NCBI GenBank assembly: GCA_965230895.1
Contig: OZ246394.1
Span: 1,313,887-1,377,886, forward strand
DNA: 64,000 bases
Origin: an uncultured Gammaproteobacteria bacterium
GTDB lineage: Bacteria > Patescibacteriota > Microgenomatia > Levybacterales > UBA12049
Direction: 5' to 3'
The first letter of the stretch is position 1, and each line of letters starts with the position of its first letter. Positions 15,001 to 27,500 of the stretch are shown here, one piece after another. The notes beneath the pieces were generated by a model. It was not told the DNA's origin. It searched no databases and saw only the letters and a program-made list of their open reading frames with translations. A program made the translations under genes and the position numbers.

Positions 15001-18000
15001 GTTGCACCACCATTGAATGTTGCAAGGCCAGTGACATTCAATGCATTGTTCACTGTTGTTGTACCAGTCCCTGCACCGATGTTTACTGAAGTAGCAGCGC
15101 CGCCAATGTTCAATGTTGTAACACCAGCATTGAGCAAGTTAAATGTGGTTGCACTTGAAGTTAAGTCACCGCCATTGATTGCAAGATCACTTGCAGCAGT
15201 AACATTTCCGGTTAATGTAGAAACGCCATCAACAGTTAATGTGCCATTTGTTTGGATGTTGCCATTGTTTGCGATAGTTGCACCAGTTGAACCGTATCCA
15301 TCACCGACGTTTAATGCATCGATGTTTGCAGTTGCTTGCAATGCATTGATTGTTGTTGCATTTGGAAGTGATAGGGTAGCGTTTCTTATTGTTGTTGTAC
15401 CAGTTGTTGCACCGATTGTGATTGCAGTACCAGCACCACCGATATTCAATGTCGTTGCATCGGTATTGAAGACATTTGCAGTTCCAGATGTTGTTGTGAT
15501 GTCTCCGCCATTAACTGCGATATCACCTGAAGTGGTGATTTGCCCAGTTGATCCTGTGATACTGAGTTGTGTTCCGACGATGTCATTGTCACCGAAGTCG
15601 ATTGCGTTGACGATGTTTGCGTCAGAAAGATCAATTGCTGTAGTGACGTCTCCTCCAGTAACGCCAGCGATTCTCAAACCGACTGGTAATGCTCGATCAG
15701 TATCAAGATTTTGGATCAAGACTAATTCACTTGGATCATTTGTTCCTGACCCATCAGCCCTTAGGAATTGAACATTTCCAGTTGAACCAGTTGCTGATGT
15801 TACAGTGAAGTTAGAATCAGTTGCAGTATTTGTCAAAGTAAATGCGATATCTCGTGCATCTGTTGTATTGATTGTGTTTCCGCCGTTGTACGCAGCTTGC
15901 AGTGAGAATGTTGCACCACCACATTTTGTGACATTATCACTTGCATCAAGACAAAGTGTTGTACCAGCAACTCCTGGAGTTGTAAGTCCAGTCAAAGTGA
16001 GGAATGAATCACCATCAGTATTGATTGTGACGCCAGTTGTTCCAGCAGGTGAGAATGTTGATTGGCCGTTTGCATCAAATGAATCATTTGCAGTTAATGC
16101 TCCTGTGAATGTACCAGTTCCAGTTACTGCCAAATCATTGTTTACAGTTGTTGTACCAGTAGCAGCGCCGAGTGAGATAACTGTTGCAGCTCCACCAATA
16201 TTTACAGTTGTTGCATTTGTGTTGAAGAGGGACGCAGTGAGAGCTGTTGTTGTGATGTCTCCACCATTTAATGCCAAGTCACCACTTGAAGTGATGTTTC
16301 CAGTTAATGTTGATGCACCATCAACTGTTAATGTGCCATTTGCCTGGATGTTTCCTGCACTTGAAAGTGTAACGCCAGTGTCACCATATCCACCGCCAAC
16401 TGCGATTGAACTAAATTGTGCAGCAGCATTTGGAGCATTAAATGATGTTGCATTTGCAAAGTTGATTGTCGCATTTCGGATGTTTGCAGTTCCAGTTGTA
16501 GCACCGATTGTGAGTGAAGTAGCAGCGCCACCGATATTCAACGTTGTTGCATTGCTGTTAAAGATATTTGCACTTGATTGTGTTGTGGTGATGTTGCCAC
16601 CATTGACTGCGATGTTTCCTGCTGATGTGATGTTTCCATTTGAACCATCAACCGAGAAGTTTGTACCAGTGATGTCATTTGCACCAAGTGCGATTGCAGT
16701 AACGATTGAAGCATCTGAGACATCAAGTGCAGTTGTGATTCCGCCGCCGCCAGTTGATGAAATTGTCAAACCGATAGGGAGGATTTGATCTGAATCAGCA
16801 TTATCGATAAGAACCAATTGTGTTGGATCATTTGAACCGACTCCATCAGCTCTTATGAATTGTGTGCCGCCAGTTGAACCGGTTGCAGTTGTGACGATGA
16901 AGTTGGAATCAGTTGCATCATCGGAAAGATTGAATGCGATGTTTCGGCCACTTGTTGTGTTGATTGTGTTACCAGCATCATATGCTGATTGCAATGAGAT
17001 TGAACTGTCTGCACACTTAACGACATTGTTACTGCCATCGATACAGACGACATCTCCAGCTGCAGTTGTGAGTCCTGAAACGTTCAAGAATGAATCAGCA
17101 TCGGTTGTGATGTTTACACCATTTGTTCCTGATGGATTGAATGTTGATTGACCGTTTGCAGTGAAGTTAGCATTTGCTGTTGTGTTGCCAGTGATTGTTA
17201 ATGCATTGTTGACAGTTGTTGTCCCAGTTCCAGCACCGATGGAGAGGGTCGTTGCTGCACCAGCAAAGTTCACAGTTGTTGCATTTGCGTTGATCAAATT
17301 GAAAGTAGGGGATGTCGTTGTAAGATCTCCACCGTTCAATGCCAAGTCACCAGCTGAAGTGATGTTGCCAGTAAGTGTCGAAGTGCCATCGATTGTGAGA
17401 TTCCCGTTTGCTTGGATCGTTCCTGCATTAGAGATTGAGACGCCAGTAGAACCGTATCCGCCACCAAGGTTTGCTGCATCAAGTGTTGCAAGTGCGCCGC
17501 CAGCATTGATTGCAGTTGCATTTGGAAGTGAAATTGTTTGATTGTTGATTGCGATTGTTCCAGTACTTGCTCCGACATTGATTGTGGTTGCATCGCCACC
17601 AAGGTTCAACGTCGTGACATTTGTATTGAACAAGTTACCAGTTGTTTGTGTTGTTGTTATGTCGCCACCATTAACTGCAACGTCACCTGATGTTGTGATA
17701 TCTCCACTTGCACCAGCGATAGAGAAGTTAGTCGCAGTTACATTGTTTGCACCAAGTGATAATGCATTAACGATTTCTGCATCTGAAAGATCAAGAGCAT
17801 TTGTGATACCACCAGCTGCGGATTGGATTTTGATGCCAGCAGCAACTGCTCGATCAGTGTCCAAATTATCAACCAAGATCAATTGTGTTGGATCAGACGT
17901 TCCAGCACCATTTGCTCGTGTGAATGATGTAAATCCAGTTGAACCATCAGCCGTGGTGATGGTGAAGTTTGCATCAGTTGCAGTGTTGGCAAGAGTGAAT

Positions 18001-21000
18001 GCAATATCTCGACCATCAGTTGTGTTGATTGTATTTCCACCAGTGTATGCAGATTGGAGTGAGATAGCATCAGATGCACATTTGTTGATTTGGCCAGTAC
18101 TGTTGTCGACACAAACCAACAATCCATTTGGTGCAGCATCAAGTCCTGTGACATAGAATCCAGAATCTGTATCAGTGTTGATTGTGACATTTCCTGTACC
18201 AGCTGGAGTGAATGTACTTGTACCATTTGCAGTCAAATCATTATCAACTGTCAATGAATTGTTGATTGTTGTCAGTCCTGTGTCATCTCCAATTGAAACG
18301 ACTGTTGCATCTCCGCCGATGTTCAATGTCGTAGCGTTTGCATTAAAGAGGGAAGCGATGCCAGTCGATGAAGTTGTAATGTCTCCACCATTTAATGCCA
18401 AATCACCACCTGATGTGATGTCTCCAGTTAATGTTGATGTACCATCAATGATTAAGTTACCATTTGCAGAGACATTACCTGTATTTGTAACTGTCAAACC
18501 AGTTGATCCATAACCATTTCCAACGTTCAATGCATCAAATGAAGCAGTTGCAGAATTTGCATTGAATGTTGTTCCGAGGAATGAAACAGTTGCATTTCGG
18601 ATTGTTGCAGTACCAGTTGTTGCTCCGATTGAGATTGTTGTTGCTGCACTACCGATGTTCAATGTTGTTGCATTAGCATTAAAGATACTTGCAGTTCCAG
18701 ATGTTGTGGTGATGTCTCCGCCGTTCAATGCCAAGTCACCACCTGATGTGATGTTTCCTGTACCGCCAGCGACTGAGAAGTTAGTTCCTGAAATATCATT
18801 TGCACCAAGTGCGATTGCAGTGACGATAGATGCATCTGAGACATCAAGAGCAGTAGTAATTCCACCGCCACCTGATGAGGAAATTTTAAGTCCAATTGGC
18901 AAAACTCTGTCGGTGTCTGCATTATCGATAAGTACTAATTGTGCTGGATCATTTGTACCTGAACCGTCAGCACGGACAAATTCAGTTCCACCTGTTGCTC
19001 CATCAGCCGTGGTGATAGTGAATTTAGAATCAGTAGCAGTGTCAGCGAGTGTGAATGCGATGTCTCTATTATTTGTTGTGGTGATTGTGTTACCTCCAAC
19101 ATATGCAGATTGGAGTGAGATCGCATCAGCTGCACACTTTGTAACCTGACTTGTTCCAGCATCGATACAAACGAGTGTACCTGAAGCTGTTGGCAAGCCA
19201 GTTATGATCAATGGAGAATCATTGTCAGTGTTAAATGTGATTGAACTTGTGCCAGCTGGATTAAAGACGACATTGCTGTTTGCAGTGAGATCACCTTCAA
19301 CAGTAAGTCCATTGTTCACGGTCGTTGTACCTGTATTTGCTCCGATTGAAAGGGTAGTAGCTGCGTTACCGATATTCAATGTGGTTGCATTTGCATTGAA
19401 TATCGAAGCAGTTCCAGCAGTTGTTGTAATGTCTCCACCGTTTACTGCGAGATCTGCTCCAGCTGTCACATTGCCAGTAAGTGTAGAAGTGCCATCGATT
19501 GTGAGGTTGCCATTTGCTGAGAGATTACCAGTGTTGGTGATACTCAAACCAGTTGATCCATAGCTTCCGCCAACTGAGAGTGAATCAAATGAACCAAGCG
19601 CAGATGATGCATTAAGAGCTGTTGCGTTAGGGAAGTTGATAGTTGTACCTCTTATGTTACCGGTACCGGATGTCGCACCCAATGTATATGTCGTAGCAGC
19701 ACCACCGATATTCAATGTGGTTGCATTGGTATTGAAGATAGTTGCAGTTCCAGTTGTTCCGGTTGTGATGTCATTGCCATTGAGAGTCAAGTCTCCATTT
19801 GAAGTAATACTTCCGGTTGCTCCATCGACTGAGAAGTTAGTCCCAGCGATGCCACTGACACCGAGTGAGATACCGGTAACGATGGTTGGATCAGAGAGAT
19901 CAATACCTGTTGTTATGCCGCCACCGCCTGATGATGAGATAGTCAAACCGACTGGAAGAACTCGGTCAGTATCAGCATTGTCGATAAGAACGAGTTGGGT
20001 AGGATCGTTTGTGCCATTGCCATCTTCTCTGATGAATTGTGTACTTCCGGTTGAACCTGATTCTGTTGTGATGACGAAGTTTGCATCTGTTGCAGTGTCA
20101 GTCAAAGTGAATGCGATGTCTTTTGCATTTGTTGTTTCGATTGTGTTGCCTCCATCATAAGCAGATTGGAGTGAGATAGCATTGGATGCACATTTGGTGA
20201 TTTGATCTGTGCCATTGTCGATACAAACCAAGTTACCAGTAGCTGTTGGCAAGCCAGTGACATAGAGCCCTGAATCAAGATCAGTGTTAAGAATAATGTC
20301 GTTTGTACCTGATGGAGTGAGGGTTGTTTGACCAGTGACCAACAAGTCATCTGAAACAGTAAGGTTATTGTTGATTGTGGTTGTACCTGTATTGGCACCG
20401 ATATTCAAAGTCGTTGCAGCCCCAGCAAAGTTCACTGTCGCTGCGGTTGCATTGATCAAGTTAAATGTTGTTGCACTGGTTGTAAGATCTCCACCATTCA
20501 AAGCCAAGTCTCCAGCTGAAGTGATGTTTCCTGTAAGTGTTGATGTACCGTCGATGATCAAGTTACCATTTGCTGAGATGTTGCCAGTGTTTGTGAGTGT
20601 AGTACCAGTAGAACCATAGCCTCCACCGATTGTGACTGAATCAATTGTCAAAGCTGCTGATCCTGCATCGATTGCCGTAGCATTTGGAAGTGAGAGGGTA
20701 GCATTGTTGATTGTCATTGTGCCACTTGCTGCTCCGATATTTACAGAAGTAGCAGCGGCACCAATGTTTAATGTTGTGACGTTTGCATTGAATACGTTGC
20801 CAGTTCCTGCAGTTGTAGTCAAACTGCCACCATTTACAGCGACGTTTCCAGCTGAAGTGATGTTGCCGTTGGATCCGTTAACTGAGAAGTTTGTACCTGA
20901 GATGTCATTTGCGCCAAGTGCAATTGCAGTCACGATCGTTGGATCAGAGACATCGATTGCTGTTGTGACGCCACTTGTACCTGATGATGTAATTCTCAAA

Positions 21001-24000
21001 CCGATAGGGAGGATTCGATCAGCATCTGCGTTGTCGATGAGGACCATTTGGTTTGGATCTGAAGCGCCAACACCATCAGCTCGGATGAATTCTGTACCAC
21101 CAGTTGATCCTGTAGCAGTTGTGATGATGAATTTAGAATCAGTTGCAGTGTCGGCTAATGTGAATGAGATGTCTCGTCCATCAGACGTTGTAATAGTATT
21201 TCCACCATCATACGCTGATTGCAATGTTGAAGCTGATGGAGGACATTTGACGACATTGTCTGAAGCATCAATACAAAGTGTACTGTTGGATGTCATTGGT
21301 GTTGTCAATCCAGGAAGGTTAAGGAATGAATCAGCATCTGAAACGATTGTGACACCATCAGTACCTGATGGTTGGAGAAGCACTGCGCCATTTGCTGTGA
21401 AGTCACCATTTGCTGTTGTGTTGCCAGTGATAGTCAATGCATTGTTTACAGTAGTTGTGCCAGTTGCTGCTCCGATTGAAAGAGTAGTAGCAGCACCACC
21501 GAAGTTCAATGTGGTAACGCCAGCATTAAGTAAGTTGAATGTCGAATCGTCTGATGTTAATGATCCGCCGTTGATTGCCAAAGTTCCAGCGAGGACGCCG
21601 TTATTGTTGATTGTGGTTGTTCCTGTGTTTGCTCCAATATTAACTGAAGTAGCATCTCCACCCAAGTTGAGTGAAGTAGCATTGGTATTGAATAAGTTCA
21701 CTGAAGAAGCAGTTGTGGTGATGTCACCGCCATTGACTGCGATACTGCCACCAAATGTTGCGAGTCCAGTACTGTTGAAGGAGAAGGTTGGATTGGTTGT
21801 CATGTTACCGAAAGCGATGTTCTGTGCTCCGGTTGTTGTGTTAACTGAAATGTAATTGTTTGCGCCTTGTGTAACTGAGAATGCATTTGCAAGGTTATTG
21901 ACGATGTTGTTTGAGATTGTGCTTGAAGCACCATTAGCAGTGAGTGTGACGTTAGTGCCATTGATGTTTACTGCGTCTCCGCCATCTCCGACATTTGAAA
22001 TTCCATTTGAGTTGAATGTGCCACTGACGACCAAGTCATTATTGATTGTAGTTTCTCCGGTTGCTGCACCGATTGAGATTGTTGTTGCATCTCCACCCAA
22101 GTTAATTGTTGTCGCACTTGTATTAAAGATAGAAGCTGCACCTGCATTTGTCGCAAGCACACCAGAGTTAGCGTTGATATCACTATTAGCAGTGATACTG
22201 CCAATTGTTGCAAGGACACCGTCCTCATCAATTGTGAGTGAAGGATTGCCTCCAGATTGGATGGAGAGGGCAGTGTTAGCAGTTCCAACGTTTGTGTCAT
22301 TTATGACGATTGCTGTTCCAGTTCCAGCATTAACGACGTTGAAGCCAGTAGCATTACCGTTGTTTGTTAAGTTGAATGAAGTTGCTGTTGTAAGTCCAGA
22401 TGACAATGTGAAGTCGATACTTCGGTTGTTTGTTGTAACGATAGTATTGCCGGTGTCATATGCTGATTGGAGACCGAATGGTGAACCACTACAATAACCC
22501 AAAACATTGTCATCATCAAGACAAAGTGCTGTACCTGTTGTTCCGCCTGTTGATTGCAAACCGTTAATGGTGATTGTTGAATTGTTATCAGTTTCGAAGA
22601 GGATATCATTTGTGTCATCTGGAGCAAAGACGGCTGAACCACTTGCATTGAAGTTTGTCCCTGCAACGACGTTAACTCCACCGTTGAATGTCGCTAAGTC
22701 AGTCACATCAAGTTGTCCACCGAGTGATGTTAATCCAGTTCCGACAGTGAATGTATTTGCTCCAGTCACTGCTGTTGCTCCATTGAGCGAGACTGCACCA
22801 GTTCCAGTTGAGAATGTACCAGCACCAGCTTGAGTGAAGTTAGCATTTGCATTGATGTCACCGCCAAAGGTTGCTGCTCCAGTACCGAGGAAGTTAAAGA
22901 TTGGATTGGTAGCTGCATTACCAAGTGCGATTACTTCAGCTCCATCAGTCGTGTCGATGTTGAAGTAGTTGTTGGTACCTTCTTGGATATCGAGAGCATC
23001 AGTTGCATTGTCGGTAAGGTTTGCTGTGATTGTTGAACCATTCAATGTCAAAGCATTTGCATCGTTTCCAGCTGTAAATGATCCAGCACTTGCAAGTGTT
23101 GTGTTGCCAGTTGATGAAAGGGTAGTGAAGGCAGCAGTTGACGGAGTTGTTGCTCCGATTGCTGTACCGTTGATGCCTGTTGCTGTAACGTTGAGATTTC
23201 CAGAAGTTATCAACAAGTTATTCACACCAGTGTTGATAGATGAGGCTGAGAGGCCTGAAAGGTTCAAAGCACCTGAGGTAGCAGTCAAGTTCAAAGCTCC
23301 AGTTGTTTGGGTAAATCCGTTTGAAGCAGTAAGGAGTCCAGCAGATGTGATAGCGCCAGTGCCAGTTGTACTCAAGTTTCCTGAAGTTGCAAGGTTTCCA
23401 TTCTCATCAATACTCAATGTTTCAACGCCACCTGATTGGAGAACGAGAGACTTGTTTGGAGTTCCGACGTTTGTGTCATTGATGATGAATGCACTTGCTG
23501 CACCTTGATTCTCAAGCGTGAATGAAGTGTCAGTCGCAACATCAGCCAAGGTGAATGATATATTTCGAGCATCAGTTGTAACGATTGTGTTGCCAGTGTT
23601 ATATGCAGCTTGCAAACCGAATGGAGCACCGTTACAAAGTGCCAAGTTGTTACTGCCATCAATACAAAGTGCGTTTCCAGCAGTTGTTTGGAGACCGTTA
23701 AATTGGACAGTTGAATCAGCATCCGTATTGAATACAACGTCATTTGTGCCACTTGGAGCGAATGTTGCAGCTCCACTAGCATTGAGTGCTTGTCCATTGC
23801 TGACAGTGACACCACCATTGAATGTAGCGAGGCTCGCAACATCAAGTGTTGAGTTAAGGTTTGTCGCGCCAGTAACTCCAAGTGAACCACCAAGCGTGGT
23901 AGCACCGGTTCCGACTGAGAATGTGTTTGTGCCAGTGACTGAAGTATTTCCATTCAAGCTGACGTTACCAGTACCTGTGGAGAATATATTTGCACCTGAT

Positions 24001-24500
24001 TGAGTGAAGTTACCGTTTGCAGCGATATCTCCACCAAATGTTGCTGTGCCAGTTGTGACTGTAAATGCATTTGAAGCGGTAAGGAGTCCAGCAGAAGTGA
24101 TAGTTCCAGTGCCAGTTGTACTGATATTGCCTGTTGTTGAGAGTGTACCAAGTTCATTGATGGTCAAAGTCGTTGAACCGTTATTTCGGATATCAATTGC
24201 AGTTCCAGTTGCCCCGTTTGTGTTATCAAGGACAAATGCACTTGCTGTTCCTGCATTGGTTAAGGTGAATGAAGCATCAGTAGCTGTGTCAGCGAGTGTG
24301 AAAGCGATATCTCGGCCATCAGTTGTGGTGATAGTGTTGCCAGCGTTATATGCTTGCTGCAAGGTTACATTCAGTGCATTGGAAGAACAGATAGCGAGTT
24401 GGTTGTCTGAGTTTCGGCAAACAACTGTACTGCCAACATTACCTGAAAGGGTAGGTACTCTGACTAAATCATTGAGGATTATTTCGCCTGAAGCACTTGC
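1..24500 (-). repeat. Coding tandem repeat array inside the giant gene. The period is about 1.05-1.1 kb (about 350-370 aa), with at least 22 copies and an internal half-period.
   Basis: The plus-strand antisense ORFs repeat the motif ...PVEPYPPPT... about every 1.05-1.12 kb (ends at 7761, 8880, 9864, 10953, 12060, 16380, 17460, 18513, 19563, 20619). On the minus strand each unit contains the run LC.DGSDNV.KCS..S..LQSAYNGGNTI..TD.RDIAFTL.DTATD.NFT.TTA.GSTG... followed by ...NGGDITT...TTLNIGGAATTLNIGA.TGT.TINN... Many nucleotide k-mers longer than 30 nt are shared between copies. Confidence 0.85.
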
Positions 24501-27500
24501 TTCAAGAGTAAGGTCTTGATTGTTTCCGGTAGTGATATCCAAAGCTGCATTGTCGAAAACTAGTCCTGTAGTTCCAATTGTTTTGTTATTCAATGTCTGA
24601 GCTTGGTTCGCAAACACAAAAGTATCATCCGCAGATAAGGCTGGAAGTGTAGCTACTCGTGGTGCTGATGAAGCAAGTGCTGAAATGGTTGTGGTGTTGC
24701 CTGAACCAAGGATAATTTGGTTTGTTGTCGCTTGAGAGGTGAGAGTGCCAGTGGTAACCAAGTTGCCATTTTCCCCGATTGTCAGTGAGTTCGTACCATT
24801 TGATTGGATAGCCAAAGCTGTACCATTGCTTCCATTTCCTGCATTGGTGTCGTTGATTACTACGCCATTTGCTGTACCTTGATTTTGGATAGTGAATGAT
24901 GAATCTGTGGCTGTATCAGCGAGTACGAAAGCTATGTTTCGATTATCAGTTGTTGTTATAGTATTGCCAGCATCGTATGCCTGCTGAAGGGTAACATTCA
25001 AAGCGTTTGAAGAACAGACTGAAAGTTGGTTTGCTGCATTTCGGCAGACTACGGTATTTCCAGCAGTTGCTGAAAGGTTTGGTACTTGGAGGAGATCATT
25101 GATGATTGTTTGACCCAAACCATTTGCATCAATGGTAATATCCTGATCTGTACCTGAGGTTATATCTGTACTTACGCCGAGGAAGGTGAGTGTGCCGGTT
25201 GTACTGATTGCTCCTGAAGAGATTGTTGTAGCGCCTGAGATTGCTCCAGCATTGGTGATGCCACCGATGTTGTTGTTGATACCGCCTGTGATGTTTGCTC
25301 CGCCTGCAGCAACTGTTACTCCACCAGCTGTGATACTGAGTCCACCTGTTGAGATTGTTTGTCCAGCAGTGAAGACGTTTGCTTGATTGAGGTAGGCGAC
25401 GTTGTTCAATGTTCCAGCGGTATTAATATCAGCTCCATTCAATTGAATCGCACCAGTTGCATTGAGGCTTGCTCCTTGGATTGTTCCTGAAGCCGTAAGG
25501 TTAGTGATTCCAGTGATAGCTCCTGCATTGATGATACCGCCATTGGTATTATCGAGTCCACCACTGATTGTTGTGCCATTGTTTACGCTCAAACCATTTG
25601 AAGCGGTGAGTAAACCAGCAGACGTGATAGTTCCAGTGCCAGTTGTAGCTATATTGCCTGAAGTTGAAAGATTTCCTGTAGAAGTAAGTGCACCATCTTC
25701 GGTGATGGTGAGGTTCGTCACACCATTGGACTGTACTACTAATGCATTATTAACAGCGAGGCTAGTATCATTGAAAAGAAGACCATCTCCATCTGCAGCA
25801 CTGGTTATGATTAGGCCTGTAGCATCTCCATCATTATTTATTTCAAATGATGTGGGTGTGGTCAATCCTCCAGCAAGATTGAATGAAATGTTTCGGCCAT
25901 CTGATGTGTCTATAGTATTTCCTGCATCGTATGCTTGTTGCAATGTGACCTCAGCAGCATTGGCTGGACACTGGACTAATTGGTTGGTGACATCGTCTCG
26001 GCAGATGGTTGTTGCAGAGTTTGTCGTGGTGTTGAGTACTGAAAGTTGTGTTGTCTTGCCAAGAACGATCTCGCCAGTTCCGTTAGGTGATAGGGTGAGG
26101 TTTTGATTAGTTCCTGATGTAAGTGTTGAAGAAACGCCACTTAAGACGATATTTCCTGAAGTAGTAATAGAACCAGAACTGATTGTTCCTGTTGTGATAA
26201 GGTTCCCGTTTTCATTGACTGTGAGTGTTGATGTTCCATTTGATTGGATATCGAGGGCAAGTTGATTAGCACCATTGGTATCGTTAATGACAAATGCACT
26301 TGCTCCTGTCCCTGCATTGGTGAGTGTGAATTGTCGTGATGAACCGTTTGCCAATGTGAAGTCCACATCGCCGAATGTATCATCCGCTGAGATTGTATTG
26401 CCAGCTTGATATGCTTGTTGCAAATCTACATTTGCAGCGTTTGCAGGACATTGGATCAATTGATTTGTTACGTTGTCTCGGCAAACGGTAGTTGCAGTAT
26501 TAAGACTTGTATTAAGTGTCGTCAATTGGAGTGGACCAGCCAATGTTAATTGACCTGTACTTCCGAGACTTGCAACTTCAGTACCAGAGTTATTCTGGAA
26601 TGAGAGTTCATATGCTGGGCCAGTTCCTGTAACTTGGTTTTGGAGACTGAATCCGACATTGGTTGATGATGAGCCATTCCAATATGCTCCTTGGAAGGTA
26701 ACAAGGTTTGAGTTTTGAGTCTGTGATCCAACTGTTGCATTGCCAACTCTGTTCAAAGTCAATGTATCTGTTCCTGATTGATCTCCGATTTCGACACCTG
26801 AGAGAGCACCGATAACTGTGCCGTTGTCTGTAATGTTTGAATCACCGATGTTTGAAGCGAGGCCTGGATCGATGAATCGAGCGAGTCTGTATTGATTACC
26901 TTGTCCTCCGACGACTCCACCTGTACCAGCACAGTTACCTGAAGTTACACAGATAGCACCACTTGCATCAGGGACAGTTAGCACTCGGGTGGTGCCAGTT
27001 GATATCTGACTTGCATCAAAGATGAACCGCTTTGAAGTATCTGTATCGTCAACGAAGTAGGTAGTCAAATCAGTCAATGATTTGTTACTGAGAGTCTGTG
27101 TTTGATTCTGGAAAACGAATGTATCGTTGCTTGTGAGAGCCGGTAGTGTTGCGATTCGAGATGAAGAAGGGGCGATTGAGTTGATTGTAGTAGTATTTCC
27201 AGATCCAAGAACCAATTGATTTGAGGTTGCGAGAGAGGAAAGTGTGCCATTTTCGCTTATGGTTAATGTATTAACGCCGCCTGATTGGATAGCCAAAGCG
27301 ATATTTGTTGCTGCATTAGTATCGTTGATAACGAATGCATTATCGGTTCCTGCATTAGTCAATCGGAATGAAGCATCATCAGTAAGCGTATCAGCAAGTG
27401 TAAATGAAATATCTCGAGCATCAGTTGTGAGGATTGTATTGCCAGAATTATACGCTTGCTGCAATGTAACAGCTGCAGCGTTTGCAGGACATTGAACCAA

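Noticed and set aside
2468-24157. Short minus-strand ORFs inside the giant gene region (for example 2468-2920, 10064-10480, 23414-23953).
   Set aside because: They lie in the two wrong minus-strand frames relative to the continuous giant reading frame. Their products are Gln/Leu/His-rich frame-shift artefacts.
1-24500. A regularly spaced repeat series that could be mistaken for a CRISPR array.
   Set aside because: The period is about 1.05-1.1 kb, far too long for CRISPR. The repeats are coding, imperfect, and in frame within one ORF.
226-26106. Dozens of plus-strand ORFs in the track (for example 553-1290, 5575-7434, 20632-21855, 25462-26106), with Val/Pro/Ala-rich low-complexity products.
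   Set aside because: They occur in all three plus-strand frames simultaneously and have periodic, near-identical low-complexity sequences. They are the antisense or off-frame shadows of the giant minus-strand gene. The true ORF is missing from the track only because it is truncated at the window edge.
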